A stretch of 64,000 nucleotides of DNA from IMG/VR virus record IMGVR_UViG_3300029319_000012, positions 32,001 to 96,000 of that record; one strand, given 5' to 3'. The notes below the pieces were generated by a model. The model saw nothing but the letters and a program-made list of their open reading frames with translations, searched no databases and had not been told where the DNA came from. A program made the position numbers and the translations under genes. This document shows, piece after piece, positions 28,001 through 37,200 of the stretch (position 1 is its first letter; each line of letters starts with the position of its first letter). This stretch comes from a virus.

Positions 28001-30489
28001 AGCCGGTTGATTATGTTGTTGGGGCAAGGATAACAAACAACCCATATACAATAAACATTGGACGCAATATTAAATCAGCCACGGTTAGTAATATGGCGTA
28101 TATTACTGATAATATTAATCAGTTTTTTGATAAGCATATAAATGATTCATATAACGATAAGGCAGATTTTTTTGGAAGCAGTCTTCCAAAAACAACACCA
28201 AGCCAGCGCGATTACTTTTATTCATTACCTGTAAAAACTATATATAATAATAATCCTGGAGATTTAAGTTTTGGCGGCATAGAGCGTTTTGTTTCGAATA
28301 GTACAGAAGTGCAGCAATACAAGAATTCTGTTAATAACATTTTCGCTTTTGATGATACCGCACCAAGCCCACTACCTCCACCGCCTTCAGGGGGAACAAA
28401 TGCAGCTCCTGGCGCGATTACTAGAACGCGAGAAAGACTATCTTCTATTTTTCAAGGGGCTAGCCCTTGGAGCAAGGAAAATATTCACGAATTTTTAGTT
28501 CCAAACGAAATCAATTCAAAATTAGGTAATTTTATTTTCCAACCGTTTGTTAAGATTGTAGAGCAAGATAATATTAACAAATTTTCTGTTGTTGAGTATC
28601 TAGATCCAGTAACAAAAGTGCCTTGTGACTCTCCAGGTATTTTAAATATCATTCCTGGAGCACAAATATTGCCTATTCTAGAAGATTATCGATCTGGAAA
28701 TAATCAATACAATTGTCATCTCTATGGCTATGTTCCCTTGAATGTCTGGACAGATTTTTATCAAAATGTATTTTTAACACAAATTGAAGAGGAGCCCTCT
28801 GGTAGATTAAAAAAATTATTTGCTAGATATGGACTTGAGCCATTCTTTAAAAGTATAGAGATCGGCATTCGAATGACTTATATAGCTTCGCACCCAATTG
28901 AATTTAAGTTTTCAGGATTTAATTACGCAGATTTTGTAAATGAAAATATATCACCCTCAGCGCTAGAAAAAACAAAAAGCATTATATCTACTAGAGCAAC
29001 AAGAGTTTATGGTCAGCCAACCACTGGGATTGGCGTGGATGAAAATGGCGCAGTCACTACACTTGTTAACGAAATGCATGTCCCTATCGTTGAAGTGTCA
29101 AGAGAATTAAAGTTCTCTAAAAGAGGCTTTATTGTTGAGGGTAACCTAGAGAGCCAACCTTATTCAAAGCTAGGAAGTTATTTATTGCTTGATGCATCCA
29201 CTGTTAGCACAATTAATGAGTTTATTATGGATATGAGCACAGTCGATTCAACTAATGAGCAATTTAATATGATTGATATTCTTTCAGATGTGGAAGATGT
29301 ACAAGCTATTGCCGGTCTTGTTAAAAGCTTTGGTAATAATTTTTCACAACTATTCTATAAAGATTTAGCACAAGAATTGATAGATAACTTAAAAGCAACA
29401 GCAGAGTTTAAACTAATATTTGATCATTTATTGCCGATAAAAGATTATTCAGCGCTCGCTTTCTTGTATGGGGGAGATAGCCTTAGTCCGCTGATTAAAG
29501 AATCATCAATCATACTTGAACAGACAAAAAATACTCTTAACAATATTGTTGATTCATTATTTAATGACGATCAATTTGATTTAAATCCTGATATTTTAAC
29601 TGCTAGATTAGAAGACACCTTAAAAGCTGACCAGACTGATACCAGGGGTAAAGGTACTGATTTAGAAAAAGAAATAGCGAAAATAATATTAAGAACGCCA
29701 CTTTTAGTTCTTAAAGGCTTTGTCGAGGTAACAGATCCCGCTATCATATTAGCTAAATTAATTATTGACATTGCTAATAGTGTTCAGCAAGCAGCAATCG
29801 CAGCTGCAGAAGCTGCTTTGAATGCTGCAAAACAAGCAGCACGTGGAGCCTTAAGGGAATCAGAGAATGCCAAGTCGCAAACAGAAATTCAAGTTCGCGT
29901 CGCTGCATCACTAGCACAATCAACTTATGACTCAGGAATAAAAGACTCTCTAGAGTCGCTTGGTCATGCAGACGCTGTTACTTTTGATGTTAGCGCTGAT
30001 GCTATCAGCGATTGGCAAGACACAGTGAAAGTAAATGATAGTCAAAAAGCAGAAATAAAAGCAAAGGCAGAGGAAGATCCTGAAACTTATGAGGCTATTT
30101 TAGCTTTCATTGAAACGGTTGAATCTCTAGAGGAGCTAATAGAAGTTTTTGTAGAGTTAGAAGAAACTGTAGAAACTTTAAAAGAAAAAGTTGCACAAAT
30201 TCAAAATGAAATAGATACAAAATTAGCTGAAGCAAAGAAGATCCTAAAAGATATTTTTGCTTCTCCATTCCTGCTTCCAGGGCTATGGGCAGCAATGGTG
30301 CCAACCATGGTGCCTCTTGGAGGTGGTTTAATTCCACCGCCACCTGGCTTGTTTGTACCAACGCCACCGAGTACCATCCCTGGTATGATTTATTTAGCAA
30401 TACTATTTATAGATGGAGTAGAGCAAGCTATACATAATTCTACGCAAAACACCAACAACGAAGATAATAATTGCAGTGATGAACTGTAG
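19033..30489 (+). CDS. Giant (3818 aa) putative virion protein of unknown function
   Basis: Uninterrupted 11.4-kb ORF between the spike and gp25 genes; SH3-like segment, Ala-rich coiled coil, Pro-rich hydrophobic C-terminus. Confidence 0.6.
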   Translation: MPTPTIDEAIVGFANVVASISELLDTPGQGNQVLWGIPIGTAQDLDWDDSLPFPMTINQPEVSFMGFDDLDEQEQEFASTQALKEEFILIFKAIRATAALIIQDDKAITLPAPALEALGITPLPKNISSFQQNIIPKVKTFVEDLKIMQENYYFSANQDELNEAFTPAPGVEIFSQISSILDPDGAILEFLGLFGTTVSLLPDVRSISTTSSPANSVFLTDSELERSLGFFGNAPDYYIGFLLSPKRSGIFDDPNNPDKKFVRNNGYIPARRSPFAETGFREEHGWDKPVTQHYDDINGLVDIVGGTFDSNGIEIPLGTAVYVTEIVEGAEGLWVGFVPFPNAQFTEQQIKNLTLDYKYILYTRPEFIRKSENSANLSPEPLLKYNPSSTISNSQLEAAYDQVGSGVVKTLHTANKLANEQSKEFFDPQGQSFSWTSLKKMDFFLQYVDFGFYNEKEYREIIAPQGPDGSGPRGPLLRPDILESNTRYKFSSGYYYFIVGDGSTPQLVATSSDANPTSYTADGVPVGLSDDEAEAIRAGNLGVVSEQTRNAAFNDLLRALGKDTTPSALLNSIKNKYFAEISSAVNPSSISDSNQRVLYAVPASYIEPLPDSKAAYDEDFLPGSQFLGGKNYIANIKLQDFIVENESGTSAEGASEQTEHVKSIVAKLEEFSKQVQIFEDNGGTVLNPKSLPFDMQTQIDAFKKLPTILRAFLQRQAAPYSDSSDLLDSLIAESITDPESNHRLEIGLKDNGKLGEDVRLTISYVLFIPDPESQSTLRSAITARSSFIDIFDAETNAPTGIGFILRRGLDFLRNEIAGLDVSTGLVADASTGQAIDELSTLNDQSSVMGTRSLFYLMHADYIKDFSRNDASDDPVNKANKWVYDLQEITVPPLLIWYSKKASAANEKPDCSELYEKLQRLGPNPTEEELLIQETYYRDCLDYHYDKFKKPTPATGLRTSRVSLESAMDKMSNSKTGGMSKEGMIVYRAFLNHLDPQGIMSLMMACFQHKLGLPLTAEAICEYAITKLVEADFLGFSKAVNDFSPVLAAALGLTPTFVDPAKRKELEDKIDKNLSTIAENFDDAMTADGKQPPDEQASTRVGPLGPVVDDSFAGTEVATALAILYAQTEVQESILGNDPNVAGITEAIEALRRAELKEYRIDLVPAFRANQDAQAELEAYERVQIERERKKLLDSGYSSRQTDSILILNGLLRPSPTQIDGFLTGPNNVFDSGTRATDFLNKTVRPGRIDGSLSTGAPGLQSAAQGLQEAKAWVSWAKRIVDLGAICEAVVGPLLKLPGNLLKGDGEGFFDDYARRLQKYFDFPKPKFNLPDNLPVDNRVGDYNKKLLEAFLGMIGMMLGQVANALLRDLLERCFEEEDPQSAGSPVDSTPALDIPSLQNRIAPLIPNAPRADILAWLTALLDRLNKAQLCSLLRREASTRLLNFCVDYTRTSHPLVYQSGIDSSEQIKNIFAILGEEVGLDICNTIEAVEAVLTEDACGKVEYNTDDRINSLMEAGLTQKEAQLQTFRELQAFKDKIFDLGEFLFPNNNPLENKLPDICGPNGFFVLPPAIKTSMKKITDNMLAQVKGALISDMADLKFLTLPPKAITAANNPDQLLGSFADFTKNARDPYKKLLFAYVGPGRVQSVDGDNFNIDYGGMPNYQLCYNESVHYNMIHVPKSQSEVVDQIISDRVDKFIADQKQKALNNLYTSLNTYESVTLEAFEALVATGDGDLDEGLKFIVDQAFEYFLGNSHISLQIGDDGKYHPHDTTAENLQGSLEDAIRQRIQGTVGPEGSALYEQTVHKQGDGDQSNIYVGGDLSHEIYYGGMNNTSPPSLIKNLKFTDEFTILGMPFMIQGSDKYPDNTILIGKGDAGEDGKSFQTDYGGGGANRDLSVYTTGSFQTFESDVDLEPLPEGSGVGSYAQEVRRLIQERSSALSTGNSLLRVTYDSPAAELLSAPGFVPINISTLLREFPQDFIYAKSSGPLLAENFEDYSEEHASFVAKFPAVFTNLSNALQEYMEKNDLLSVKTKDLAEGTSQNGAEVVGALGSPVQMTGEGEVVELGDGETTILYGPAPNDFTGFNSSIIDGISDHIKSQFAKDLKPMGLENFIYSHEMLVHGQKSKYRPAAVLEDTLERGPGTSWGLKATPAVNHAKTEKDDLRAIFSNFGSSLSRTYFSLDTKLKDISPNRNHWYGMLMAFTGVQLDGAIDNLNKYNMDSHPGSYEDEGDTDRYFEELKMFRASPGLRFITEHIAYVNDKDHNIIDAFMEFTLGEASGITEERVSAIYPNLKGIVGNIKGVMLTKMRFFCDTVTYEGHDRRFLHDAGAAVGQMDSIPREPKPKDDSESYDGNKLYPSIMPLAILYEEVFRDPTNAWNQDADTLLNLYSMDTEPVSEELKEALENYSPSGFPPYFGFKENGMEDYILGRADNDFALALESYHSFNPNTIKLDLPVRNISVLSVDAGETTKRITDLFSDLGSGIDAANDDPELKAELSTVSEQLGLLSVNSSMIYQNFDSDVSLSTLYPDYKDAYFFGKGKFVESDFDSFYYAVAEPSNSDSALVRKLNNAKYNFNIYRSQGLDMGQNVSNLLTNIYTIDPPLNPPYENFLPKKEIVDTYIETIYPSELNYTNQITHGADKIVIATTPDNQTAGFSTVPDLLPNMTGKLPPEDPITRLFHHDKNTRAKIFGRLITKKLEKAFLDNGGTVNQDALAYIEHNLSSYGYSAMKMAYSNQAFAKLKSSRLNTRKMLRKIWDKILQLPENSSASQECKDLFDRINLSTTKDLIKTNTDFFNVSKVKNLILDSFEKAACRDVFNPETPRDSAARNALLEGSIIVLIKVYCLEMCLASVFAWDSFNLRDVFSSKLMTRVIVQNIKEGIVTSPRAISFDDIANVASQYLIKKIPKYDQYYAGIIPQSPFEKMVEMEANDLAGTIQNMLPNSNPLTTDLTIDLVKNSDPDFAVSFDTKFPSFVENEGQFLYALSKLLSETEPVDYVVGARITNNPYTINIGRNIKSATVSNMAYITDNINQFFDKHINDSYNDKADFFGSSLPKTTPSQRDYFYSLPVKTIYNNNPGDLSFGGIERFVSNSTEVQQYKNSVNNIFAFDDTAPSPLPPPPSGGTNAAPGAITRTRERLSSIFQGASPWSKENIHEFLVPNEINSKLGNFIFQPFVKIVEQDNINKFSVVEYLDPVTKVPCDSPGILNIIPGAQILPILEDYRSGNNQYNCHLYGYVPLNVWTDFYQNVFLTQIEEEPSGRLKKLFARYGLEPFFKSIEIGIRMTYIASHPIEFKFSGFNYADFVNENISPSALEKTKSIISTRATRVYGQPTTGIGVDENGAVTTLVNEMHVPIVEVSRELKFSKRGFIVEGNLESQPYSKLGSYLLLDASTVSTINEFIMDMSTVDSTNEQFNMIDILSDVEDVQAIAGLVKSFGNNFSQLFYKDLAQELIDNLKATAEFKLIFDHLLPIKDYSALAFLYGGDSLSPLIKESSIILEQTKNTLNNIVDSLFNDDQFDLNPDILTARLEDTLKADQTDTRGKGTDLEKEIAKIILRTPLLVLKGFVEVTDPAIILAKLIIDIANSVQQAAIAAAEAALNAAKQAARGALRESENAKSQTEIQVRVAASLAQSTYDSGIKDSLESLGHADAVTFDVSADAISDWQDTVKVNDSQKAEIKAKAEEDPETYEAILAFIETVESLEELIEVFVELEETVETLKEKVAQIQNEIDTKLAEAKKILKDIFASPFLLPGLWAAMVPTMVPLGGGLIPPPPGLFVPTPPSTIPGMIYLAILFIDGVEQAIHNSTQNTNNEDNNCSDEL
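30402..30411 (+). promoter_or_regulatory. Candidate late promoter motif ACTATTTATA (inside the 3' end of the giant gene)
   Basis: Identical to the motif at 61366; about 90 nt upstream of the gp25 ATG. Confidence 0.45.
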
Positions 30490-30501
30490 AGGTTTAAGCA
30501 A

Positions 30502-30903
30502 ATGTCTGGAATAGGTCCAAAGTTACCATTATCACGAGATGTAGAAGAAGGTTTTTATGTTTCTAATAAAACGTATGCTGAGCAAATAAAGCAAAATTTC
30601 AAAAACTTACTTTTAACATCACCTGGCGAACGAGCCATGAATCCTGATTTTGGAGTTGGTCTAAGGGATGTGTTGTTTGAGCCAAGACCGGTTGCAATTA
30701 ACAAGATTAAGCAAAGAGTTAATCAGCAAACGAAAAAGTACTTGCCATTCCTTGTGATAGAAGAATTAAACTTTGACCAAGGCGGCGATGACCAGTTTCA
30801 TGTTGACTCAAACATACTTTCTATTGAAATACGTTTTTCTGTACCAAGTTTAAATTTAAATTCTTCAATAATTTTAAATTCTGAGGATAATTATAGCACA
30901 TGA
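30502..30903 (+). CDS. Baseplate wedge / sheath initiator, gp25/GPW family
   Basis: QIKQNFKNLLLTSPGERAMNPDFGVGL signature. Confidence 0.92.
   Translation: MSGIGPKLPLSRDVEEGFYVSNKTYAEQIKQNFKNLLLTSPGERAMNPDFGVGLRDVLFEPRPVAINKIKQRVNQQTKKYLPFLVIEELNFDQGGDDQFHVDSNILSIEIRFSVPSLNLNSSIILNSEDNYST
30886..30895 (+). promoter_or_regulatory. Candidate late promoter motif GATAATTATA
   Basis: TAnTTA core 6 nt before ATG 30900. Confidence 0.4.
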
Positions 30904-32693
30904 AAGATGAAACTAAAAAACTAATAAGATATACCAATAGAGACTTTAACTCTATTAAGCGTGGCTTGGTCGATTATGCTAAAAGATACTATCCAGATGT
31001 GTATAAAGACTTTTCTGAAGCATCATTCGGCTCGTTAATGCTCGATACTGTTTCTTATATTGGCGATGTTTTGTCTTTTTATCTAGATTATCAAGCAAAT
31101 GAGTCGTTCCTTGATACAGCTATTGAGTACAACAATGTGTTAAGATTAGCAGAGCAAGTAGGCTACAAAGAGCATCTAAGCTCAAACTCTTTTGGTGTGC
31201 TAACAATGTATGTTATATGCCCAGTTGATGTAGACGGTTCTGGTCCAGATTTAGATTACTTGCCAGTTTTGAACAAAGGATCAAAATTTTCAACTACAGC
31301 TGGTCAGATATTTACGTTGGTTGATGATGTTAACTTTGCTGATCCAAACAACGAGGCTGTTGTTGCAACACAAGACAACGACGGCGCACAGACTGCGTTT
31401 GCTATTAAGGCATATGGAAATGTTATTTCTGGCGAGCTTACAGAGACAACCGTGAACGTTGGAGCATTTAAAAGATTTTTGAACATCCCAATCACTGAGC
31501 CAAATATAACAGAAGTTGTTTCAGTTGTTGATTCAGAGGGTCATGAGTATTTTGAGGTTGACTATCTTTCGCAAGACGTTGTTTATAGGTCTGTTGTTAA
31601 TAAAGACCCTGATACACGAGAAACAACACCAAACATCATAATAACAACATCGGTACCGAGGCGATATACTGTAAGTAAAAAGTTTGGTCAAGTCTCATTA
31701 AAGTTTGGCTATGGTTCTGAGGATACGTTAAAAGCAGATGCAGTGACTCACCCTGCAAATGTTGTTTTAAAGCGCCATGGCAGAGATTATGATTCAGATC
31801 TTTCATTTGATCCAGCTAAGCTTATCCAGACTGATAAGTTTGGTATTTCGCCAGCCAACACAACAATGACAATTGTCTATAGGACCAATACTTCTGACAA
31901 CAATAATGTTGCTAGTAGGGCTCTAAATACTGTTACTCTTCCTTTAATGACTTTTGGAGCAAATGCAACAGATGCGTCAAAAAGAAGTCTTGTTTCAAAC
32001 AGCCTAGAAATTCTTAACGATCTTCCAATTACTGGCGATATTTCTACACCTACTTTATCTGAATTAAAACAGCGAGCAACTGATGTGTTTGCATCACAAA
32101 ATAGAGCTGTTACTGCAGAAGATTACGAAGCTGTGATTTACAGGATGCCATCAAAGTTTGGAAAGATTAAAAGAGCAAGAATTTTGAGAGATCAAGATTC
32201 TTTTAAAAGAAATCTAAATTTATATTTACTGACAGAAAATGCTGATGGACACCTCGCTTTTCTCAACGGGATATTAAAAAATAACGTTAAGACATGGATC
32301 AATAGTTATAAAATGGTCAATGATACAATTGATATTTTAGATCCTAAAATTGTAAATATCGGTATTAGATTTACTGCAATTGTTAATTATGATCAAGACA
32401 AATTTGAAGCTCTCAACTCTGCAATATCAACAATATCAAATATGTTTACAGAGAAACTAGATATTGGTCAGCCAATTTATATAACTAATATTTATAATCA
32501 TCTCAATAACTTAGAAGAAATTGTGGATGTTAGTAGTGTAGAGATCTTCTTAAATAGCGGCGGCTTGTATTCAGATCAAGAGGTTGACTTAAAACACATG
32601 ACCTCAGCTGACGGTAGGATTTTATATGCTCCACCAGATACGGTGTATGAGTTAAGATTCCCTAACACTGATATTAAAGGAACAATTAAGTAA
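30900..32693 (+). CDS. Baseplate wedge subunit, T4 gp6 / baseplate J-like
   Basis: RDFNSIK..DFSEAS.GS..SFYLDYQANESFLDTA and QNRAVTAEDY motifs. Confidence 0.9.
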   Translation: MKDETKKLIRYTNRDFNSIKRGLVDYAKRYYPDVYKDFSEASFGSLMLDTVSYIGDVLSFYLDYQANESFLDTAIEYNNVLRLAEQVGYKEHLSSNSFGVLTMYVICPVDVDGSGPDLDYLPVLNKGSKFSTTAGQIFTLVDDVNFADPNNEAVVATQDNDGAQTAFAIKAYGNVISGELTETTVNVGAFKRFLNIPITEPNITEVVSVVDSEGHEYFEVDYLSQDVVYRSVVNKDPDTRETTPNIIITTSVPRRYTVSKKFGQVSLKFGYGSEDTLKADAVTHPANVVLKRHGRDYDSDLSFDPAKLIQTDKFGISPANTTMTIVYRTNTSDNNNVASRALNTVTLPLMTFGANATDASKRSLVSNSLEILNDLPITGDISTPTLSELKQRATDVFASQNRAVTAEDYEAVIYRMPSKFGKIKRARILRDQDSFKRNLNLYLLTENADGHLAFLNGILKNNVKTWINSYKMVNDTIDILDPKIVNIGIRFTAIVNYDQDKFEALNSAISTISNMFTEKLDIGQPIYITNIYNHLNNLEEIVDVSSVEIFLNSGGLYSDQEVDLKHMTSADGRILYAPPDTVYELRFPNTDIKGTIK

Positions 32694-34198
32694 TGGCTAT
32701 AAAAAGATATACAGCAAACGCAGACAATACAATAACAAATGCCTTTGCCGCAGACTTAGTTACTAGAGGTACTGGCTCCAACATGGGTGCTGCTGATATA
32801 CTAGAGGTTTTTTCTCTATATGGTCAAGGTAATTCAACCACATCAGCTGAATTGTCTCGTGCACTTGTACAATTTCCTGTTAGTCAAATTAGAAATGACA
32901 GGGTAAATGGTAATATTCCAGTTAGCGGCAGCGTTAGTTTTTATTTAAGAATGTTTAACGCTAAGCACTCTGAGCAGCTGCCACGAAATTTTACTTTAAA
33001 TGTTTTAGCTGTTTCTCAGTCCTGGCAAGAGGGTACAGGATTAGACATGGAAGGTTACAAAGATATTACAAAAGATACGATCGATGGCTCGAACTGGAGT
33101 AATAGACAAAAAGGTGTAGCTTGGGAAAAGATAGGCGGTTCTTATCATTCGTCATCATATGTTTCTGGCTCAACGATGCCTAATTACACTGCTACTTTTT
33201 CAAACGGAACAGAAGACATTGATTTAGACGTTACTGAAGCGGTTGAAGAGTGGATAAGTGAAAACCAAGAGAATTACGGGTTTGGTGTTTTTCTTCCAAC
33301 TGCTTCAGAGGCTTATAACTCTAATTCTTCTGGTGTTGATACCAGTATTCTCATTCACAATACTGCTGGCGCTCAAGCCAGTTTTTATACAAAAAGATTT
33401 TTCTCAAGATCGAGCGAGTTCTTTTTTAAAAAGCCATATATTGAAGCACGATGGGATTCAAGGGTAGAGGACGATAGAGGTAATTTTTATGCTAGCTCCT
33501 CTATGGTGCCTGGATCAGACAACGTTAATAATGTTTATTTATACAATTTTGTGCGCGGCTCGCTAAAAGATATCCCGCACACAGAGACTATTACCGTAAA
33601 ACTATTTGCTTCAACAAATGGCACTCCATCCGGCAACAGCTTAACTTCAGCTACGGCAACTAAAATTAGCACTGGAGTATACAAGGCTCAGTTAACCATT
33701 GATACAGCGGAAACAGCGCTTCATGATGTCTGGTCTGGCTCTGTTGGGGGTCCGTATAAGACTGGATCAATATCTGTAAAAAGTCACGCGACAGACAATT
33801 TATTGTATAACAATACAAGTCAGTATGTAAGTAAAATTACTAACTTGAAACCCGTCTATGTTAACGAAGAGACAGCTAGACTTAGAGTTTTCACTAGAAG
33901 AAGAAATACGAGTCCAACAATTTACACTGTAGCTACATCAAATGTGCAGGGTGAAATTATTCAGAGCGCCTCGTATGAAATCGTGCGAATGGTTGATAAT
34001 GCAACTGTGATACAAAATTCAACAGGTAGCAGCAACTATCAGACGTTTATGTCCTATGATACATCTGGCAGTTATTTTGACTTGGATATGGGCATGCTAG
34101 AGCCAGGCTACATGTACGGTATTAAACTATCTTTCTTTACGCTAAATGGCTGGAGAGAGCAAGAACAAGTATTTAAATTTAGAGTAGAAAATAATTAG
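32693..34198 (+). CDS. Virion structural protein with DNRLRE-like beta-sandwich domain
   Basis: ADNTI, SRALVQF, LDVTEAVEEW..NYGF, FFSR..KPYIEARWD pattern; coupled to gp6 by TAATG. Confidence 0.55.
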   Translation: MAIKRYTANADNTITNAFAADLVTRGTGSNMGAADILEVFSLYGQGNSTTSAELSRALVQFPVSQIRNDRVNGNIPVSGSVSFYLRMFNAKHSEQLPRNFTLNVLAVSQSWQEGTGLDMEGYKDITKDTIDGSNWSNRQKGVAWEKIGGSYHSSSYVSGSTMPNYTATFSNGTEDIDLDVTEAVEEWISENQENYGFGVFLPTASEAYNSNSSGVDTSILIHNTAGAQASFYTKRFFSRSSEFFFKKPYIEARWDSRVEDDRGNFYASSSMVPGSDNVNNVYLYNFVRGSLKDIPHTETITVKLFASTNGTPSGNSLTSATATKISTGVYKAQLTIDTAETALHDVWSGSVGGPYKTGSISVKSHATDNLLYNNTSQYVSKITNLKPVYVNEETARLRVFTRRRNTSPTIYTVATSNVQGEIIQSASYEIVRMVDNATVIQNSTGSSNYQTFMSYDTSGSYFDLDMGMLEPGYMYGIKLSFFTLNGWREQEQVFKFRVENN

Positions 34199-34199
34199 T
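34190..34199 (+). promoter_or_regulatory. Candidate late promoter motif AATAATTAGT
   Basis: TAnTTA core at the gene boundary upstream of ATG 34217. Confidence 0.35.
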
Positions 34200-34216
34200 A
34201 TAAAGTTGGTTAACAC

Positions 34217-37200
34217 ATGAGCATTAAAGACCTATTTGATAAAGGCAAGACATTTAAGATCTTAAGAGATAAGAGTCAGCAGGATCTGCTGGAAGATCTT
34301 GAGTCGCCCAGGTTTATTGATGCATATAACGACAAGCAGCAAAGATTTATCCCTGATACTGACTTTACATCTGCTTCTAACTTTGCACGATTTGGTCTTG
34401 CAGAAGAGTATTACAGAGAAGCGATAGAGAGAATATATACAACTTACCCTTATGATGGGTCTCTAGCAGAAAGAACAGAGTGGGAAAATCAAAGTGGCTA
34501 TTTAGATCTTTTTATATTTGAGAATGAATATCCAAGAACTAATGGTTTTGTTAATATTAATCCAACAACCAGCTCTTATACTGGCGCTGGCACTAATAAC
34601 GTACATAATAGTACCGCGCCAGAATGGATCTACGTTAAAGGTGGTCCTCATGCAGATCCAAATTCAGATTTTAAAAGCGATTTTTCTGCTGGTCCTGATG
34701 GTGTTGGCGTTTCGAAAGCAAATATTTATCATACAGGCAGCAGAAGAACAAATAACTTAGAGTTAGACTTTACAAAAGGTGTAACAACAGAATTTTGGAT
34801 GAAAAAAGACGGTTTTCATGCCTCCACCGCAGCGGTAGAAGTTATTTTTAGTAATCAAGTCATTAACAGTCATTTGAATACGTCTTACTATTCAGTGCAA
34901 GTTAAAAACGATGCGCAGACTAAAATTAACTTGGCGGCAGTTTCTGGTACAAAAGGAAGCTCTACAACTGCACTTTTTACGTTAGACTCTGGCTTGACAA
35001 CCATAGCAGATGGTAATTGGCACCATTATGCAGTAACGGCTAAAACAAAAAATTCTCAAACTGAAGCTAACCTATATGTTGACGGTGTGCACACAGATAG
35101 ACAAGTTGACAGTGATGCTCTTGGTGCTGTTACCGGCACCATGGTTGCAGGCATTGCTGCTTTGCCAGCTGCCATTGATTCAAATTATGGTGCAGGATGG
35201 GGTAATATAATTTCTGCTTCCTTTGATGAGTTTAGATATTGGAAAGTTGAAAGAAACGCTCAGGAGATTGGTAGGAACTGGAGAACGCAAGTTAACGGCG
35301 GTACTAACACAGACAATTCCAAGTACGATGATCGCTTAAATACTGTTGATCTAGGTGTCTATTTCAAATTTAATGAAGGCATCGTTGGCAATTCAACAAC
35401 AGACTCTACTGTTCTAGATTATTCCGGTCGCATATCTAATGGTTCGTTTAATAATTATAGCACATCGCACTCCAGAGAGACAGGCTCAGCGATAGTTTTG
35501 TCCGGCTTAGAAGCTACTGAGTTTAGAGATCCAATAATTTATTCAAGCCATCCTGATGTAGCTAGCCTGCTAGCATCTAAAGTAGCTTCTGGTTCTCTTC
35601 ACGACACACAAAACTTTAACTCGATGTACAAATCTTTACCGGGTTGGATATTAGAGGAAGACGAAAAATCTTCTTTGCAGTTAAAAAATCTAACACAAAT
35701 ATTGTCTAGCTATTTTGATGATTTGTATTTGCAAATTGAAAAGCTACCAACACTCAAAGATATTAATTATCCTTACGACAATAGTTATGAAAAGCCACTG
35801 CCATTTGCACAAAGACTCTTATCAAGTCGTGGATTTGAAATGCCAGAGCTTTTTGCTGATGCATCTGCTTTGGCAAAATATCTTGAAAGAGATGAGAAAA
35901 AACTTTTTGAGAAAAAATTATATGAAGTAAAAAATATAATTTATCAAAACATTTATAACAACTTAATACACCTACAGAAAACTAAAGGCACGTTTAAGTC
36001 GCTGAGAAACTTTTTAAGATGTTTTGGCGTTGATGAAGACTTAATTAAGATTAATTTATACGCTAAAGACGATGTATATGAATTAAAAGAAAACACATCT
36101 AATATATCTATTAAGAAAAAGTATGCTGATTTTGATGATAGTGAAACCAGATTAGCGGCACAGAACAACACAACAAATTCGTATACAGCAACTGTGTATC
36201 AATACTATGATCCTGATGATAGCGAGTCAATATCATACATACCAGCGCTCGGCGCGCCAGGCAATCAAAACGCTAGAATCAGTGGCTCATTTACTTTAGA
36301 AGCCGAAGTTATATTTCCAAAATTATCAACTAGAGAGACTGCAGCCAATCAAGAAATTTCTTTATTTGGCTTGCACAATGTTATTGCTAGCAATACCGAC
36401 CTAGCTTTTATATCAGCTTCATCAGGCGATAATGCTAGTTTTAATATTGTTGCGACAAAGCAATCAAATAATGCTAGTGATGTAAAGTTTTCTATTAAAG
36501 GTTACGATTCTTTTTTAACAGATCTAGAAACAGATAGTGCATATGTTAATGTTTATGACAATGAAAAATGGAATTTTGCTTTCCGACTTAGACCAACAAA
36601 ATACCCAGTAAAGCCACACGTAAGCGGCTATTATGAACCAGCTGCCTCAGCGTATACTTACGAACTTTACGGCGTTAACTATCTTGCTGGAGTGCAAAAA
36701 AATGAATTTACAATAAATGGAACTATGAGTGCTGCTGATGCCTTAAAGTTCTTTATAAGACCAAAACGAGTTTTTGTTGGTGCGAATAGAGTTGACTTTG
36801 AAGATGCGCTCATTAGGCAGTCAGATGTCAAAGTTTCTTCTGTTAGATATTGGTTTGATTATATACCCAACGAGACCATCAAAGCTCACGCCAAAGACGC
36901 ATCAAATTTCGGCACAACAAATCCTTTTGAAGGCGCAACATCCTTGGTGACTGGAAGCATCTTTCAGCCCCAAACAGAGACGCTTGGCTTCCATTGGACA
37001 TATGAAAACGTCACAGGCTCTAATGCTAGCGGACAGTTTTTAGTTAAAGATATATCATCTGGCTCTGCCGAAGTTAGAGCTAAAAGAGCTTATGGAACAT
37101 TAAGCGCATTTACTGGCTATAAATACACTGGCAGGGGCTCTCACTTTGTTTCTGATGTAGGCTATCGTAACCAAGCAGTTGATGTAGAGTTTATTCCATC

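Noticed and set aside
19033-30489. Tape measure protein or virion RNA polymerase call for the giant ORF
   Set aside because: No periodic tape-measure repeats and no clear DxDGD polymerase motif in the right context were seen; left as unknown
13518-32693. Bacterial eCIS/T6SS locus
   Set aside because: Flanked by phage-type replication and recombination genes and a phage sigma factor; no T6SS membrane complex or Afp-type ATPase
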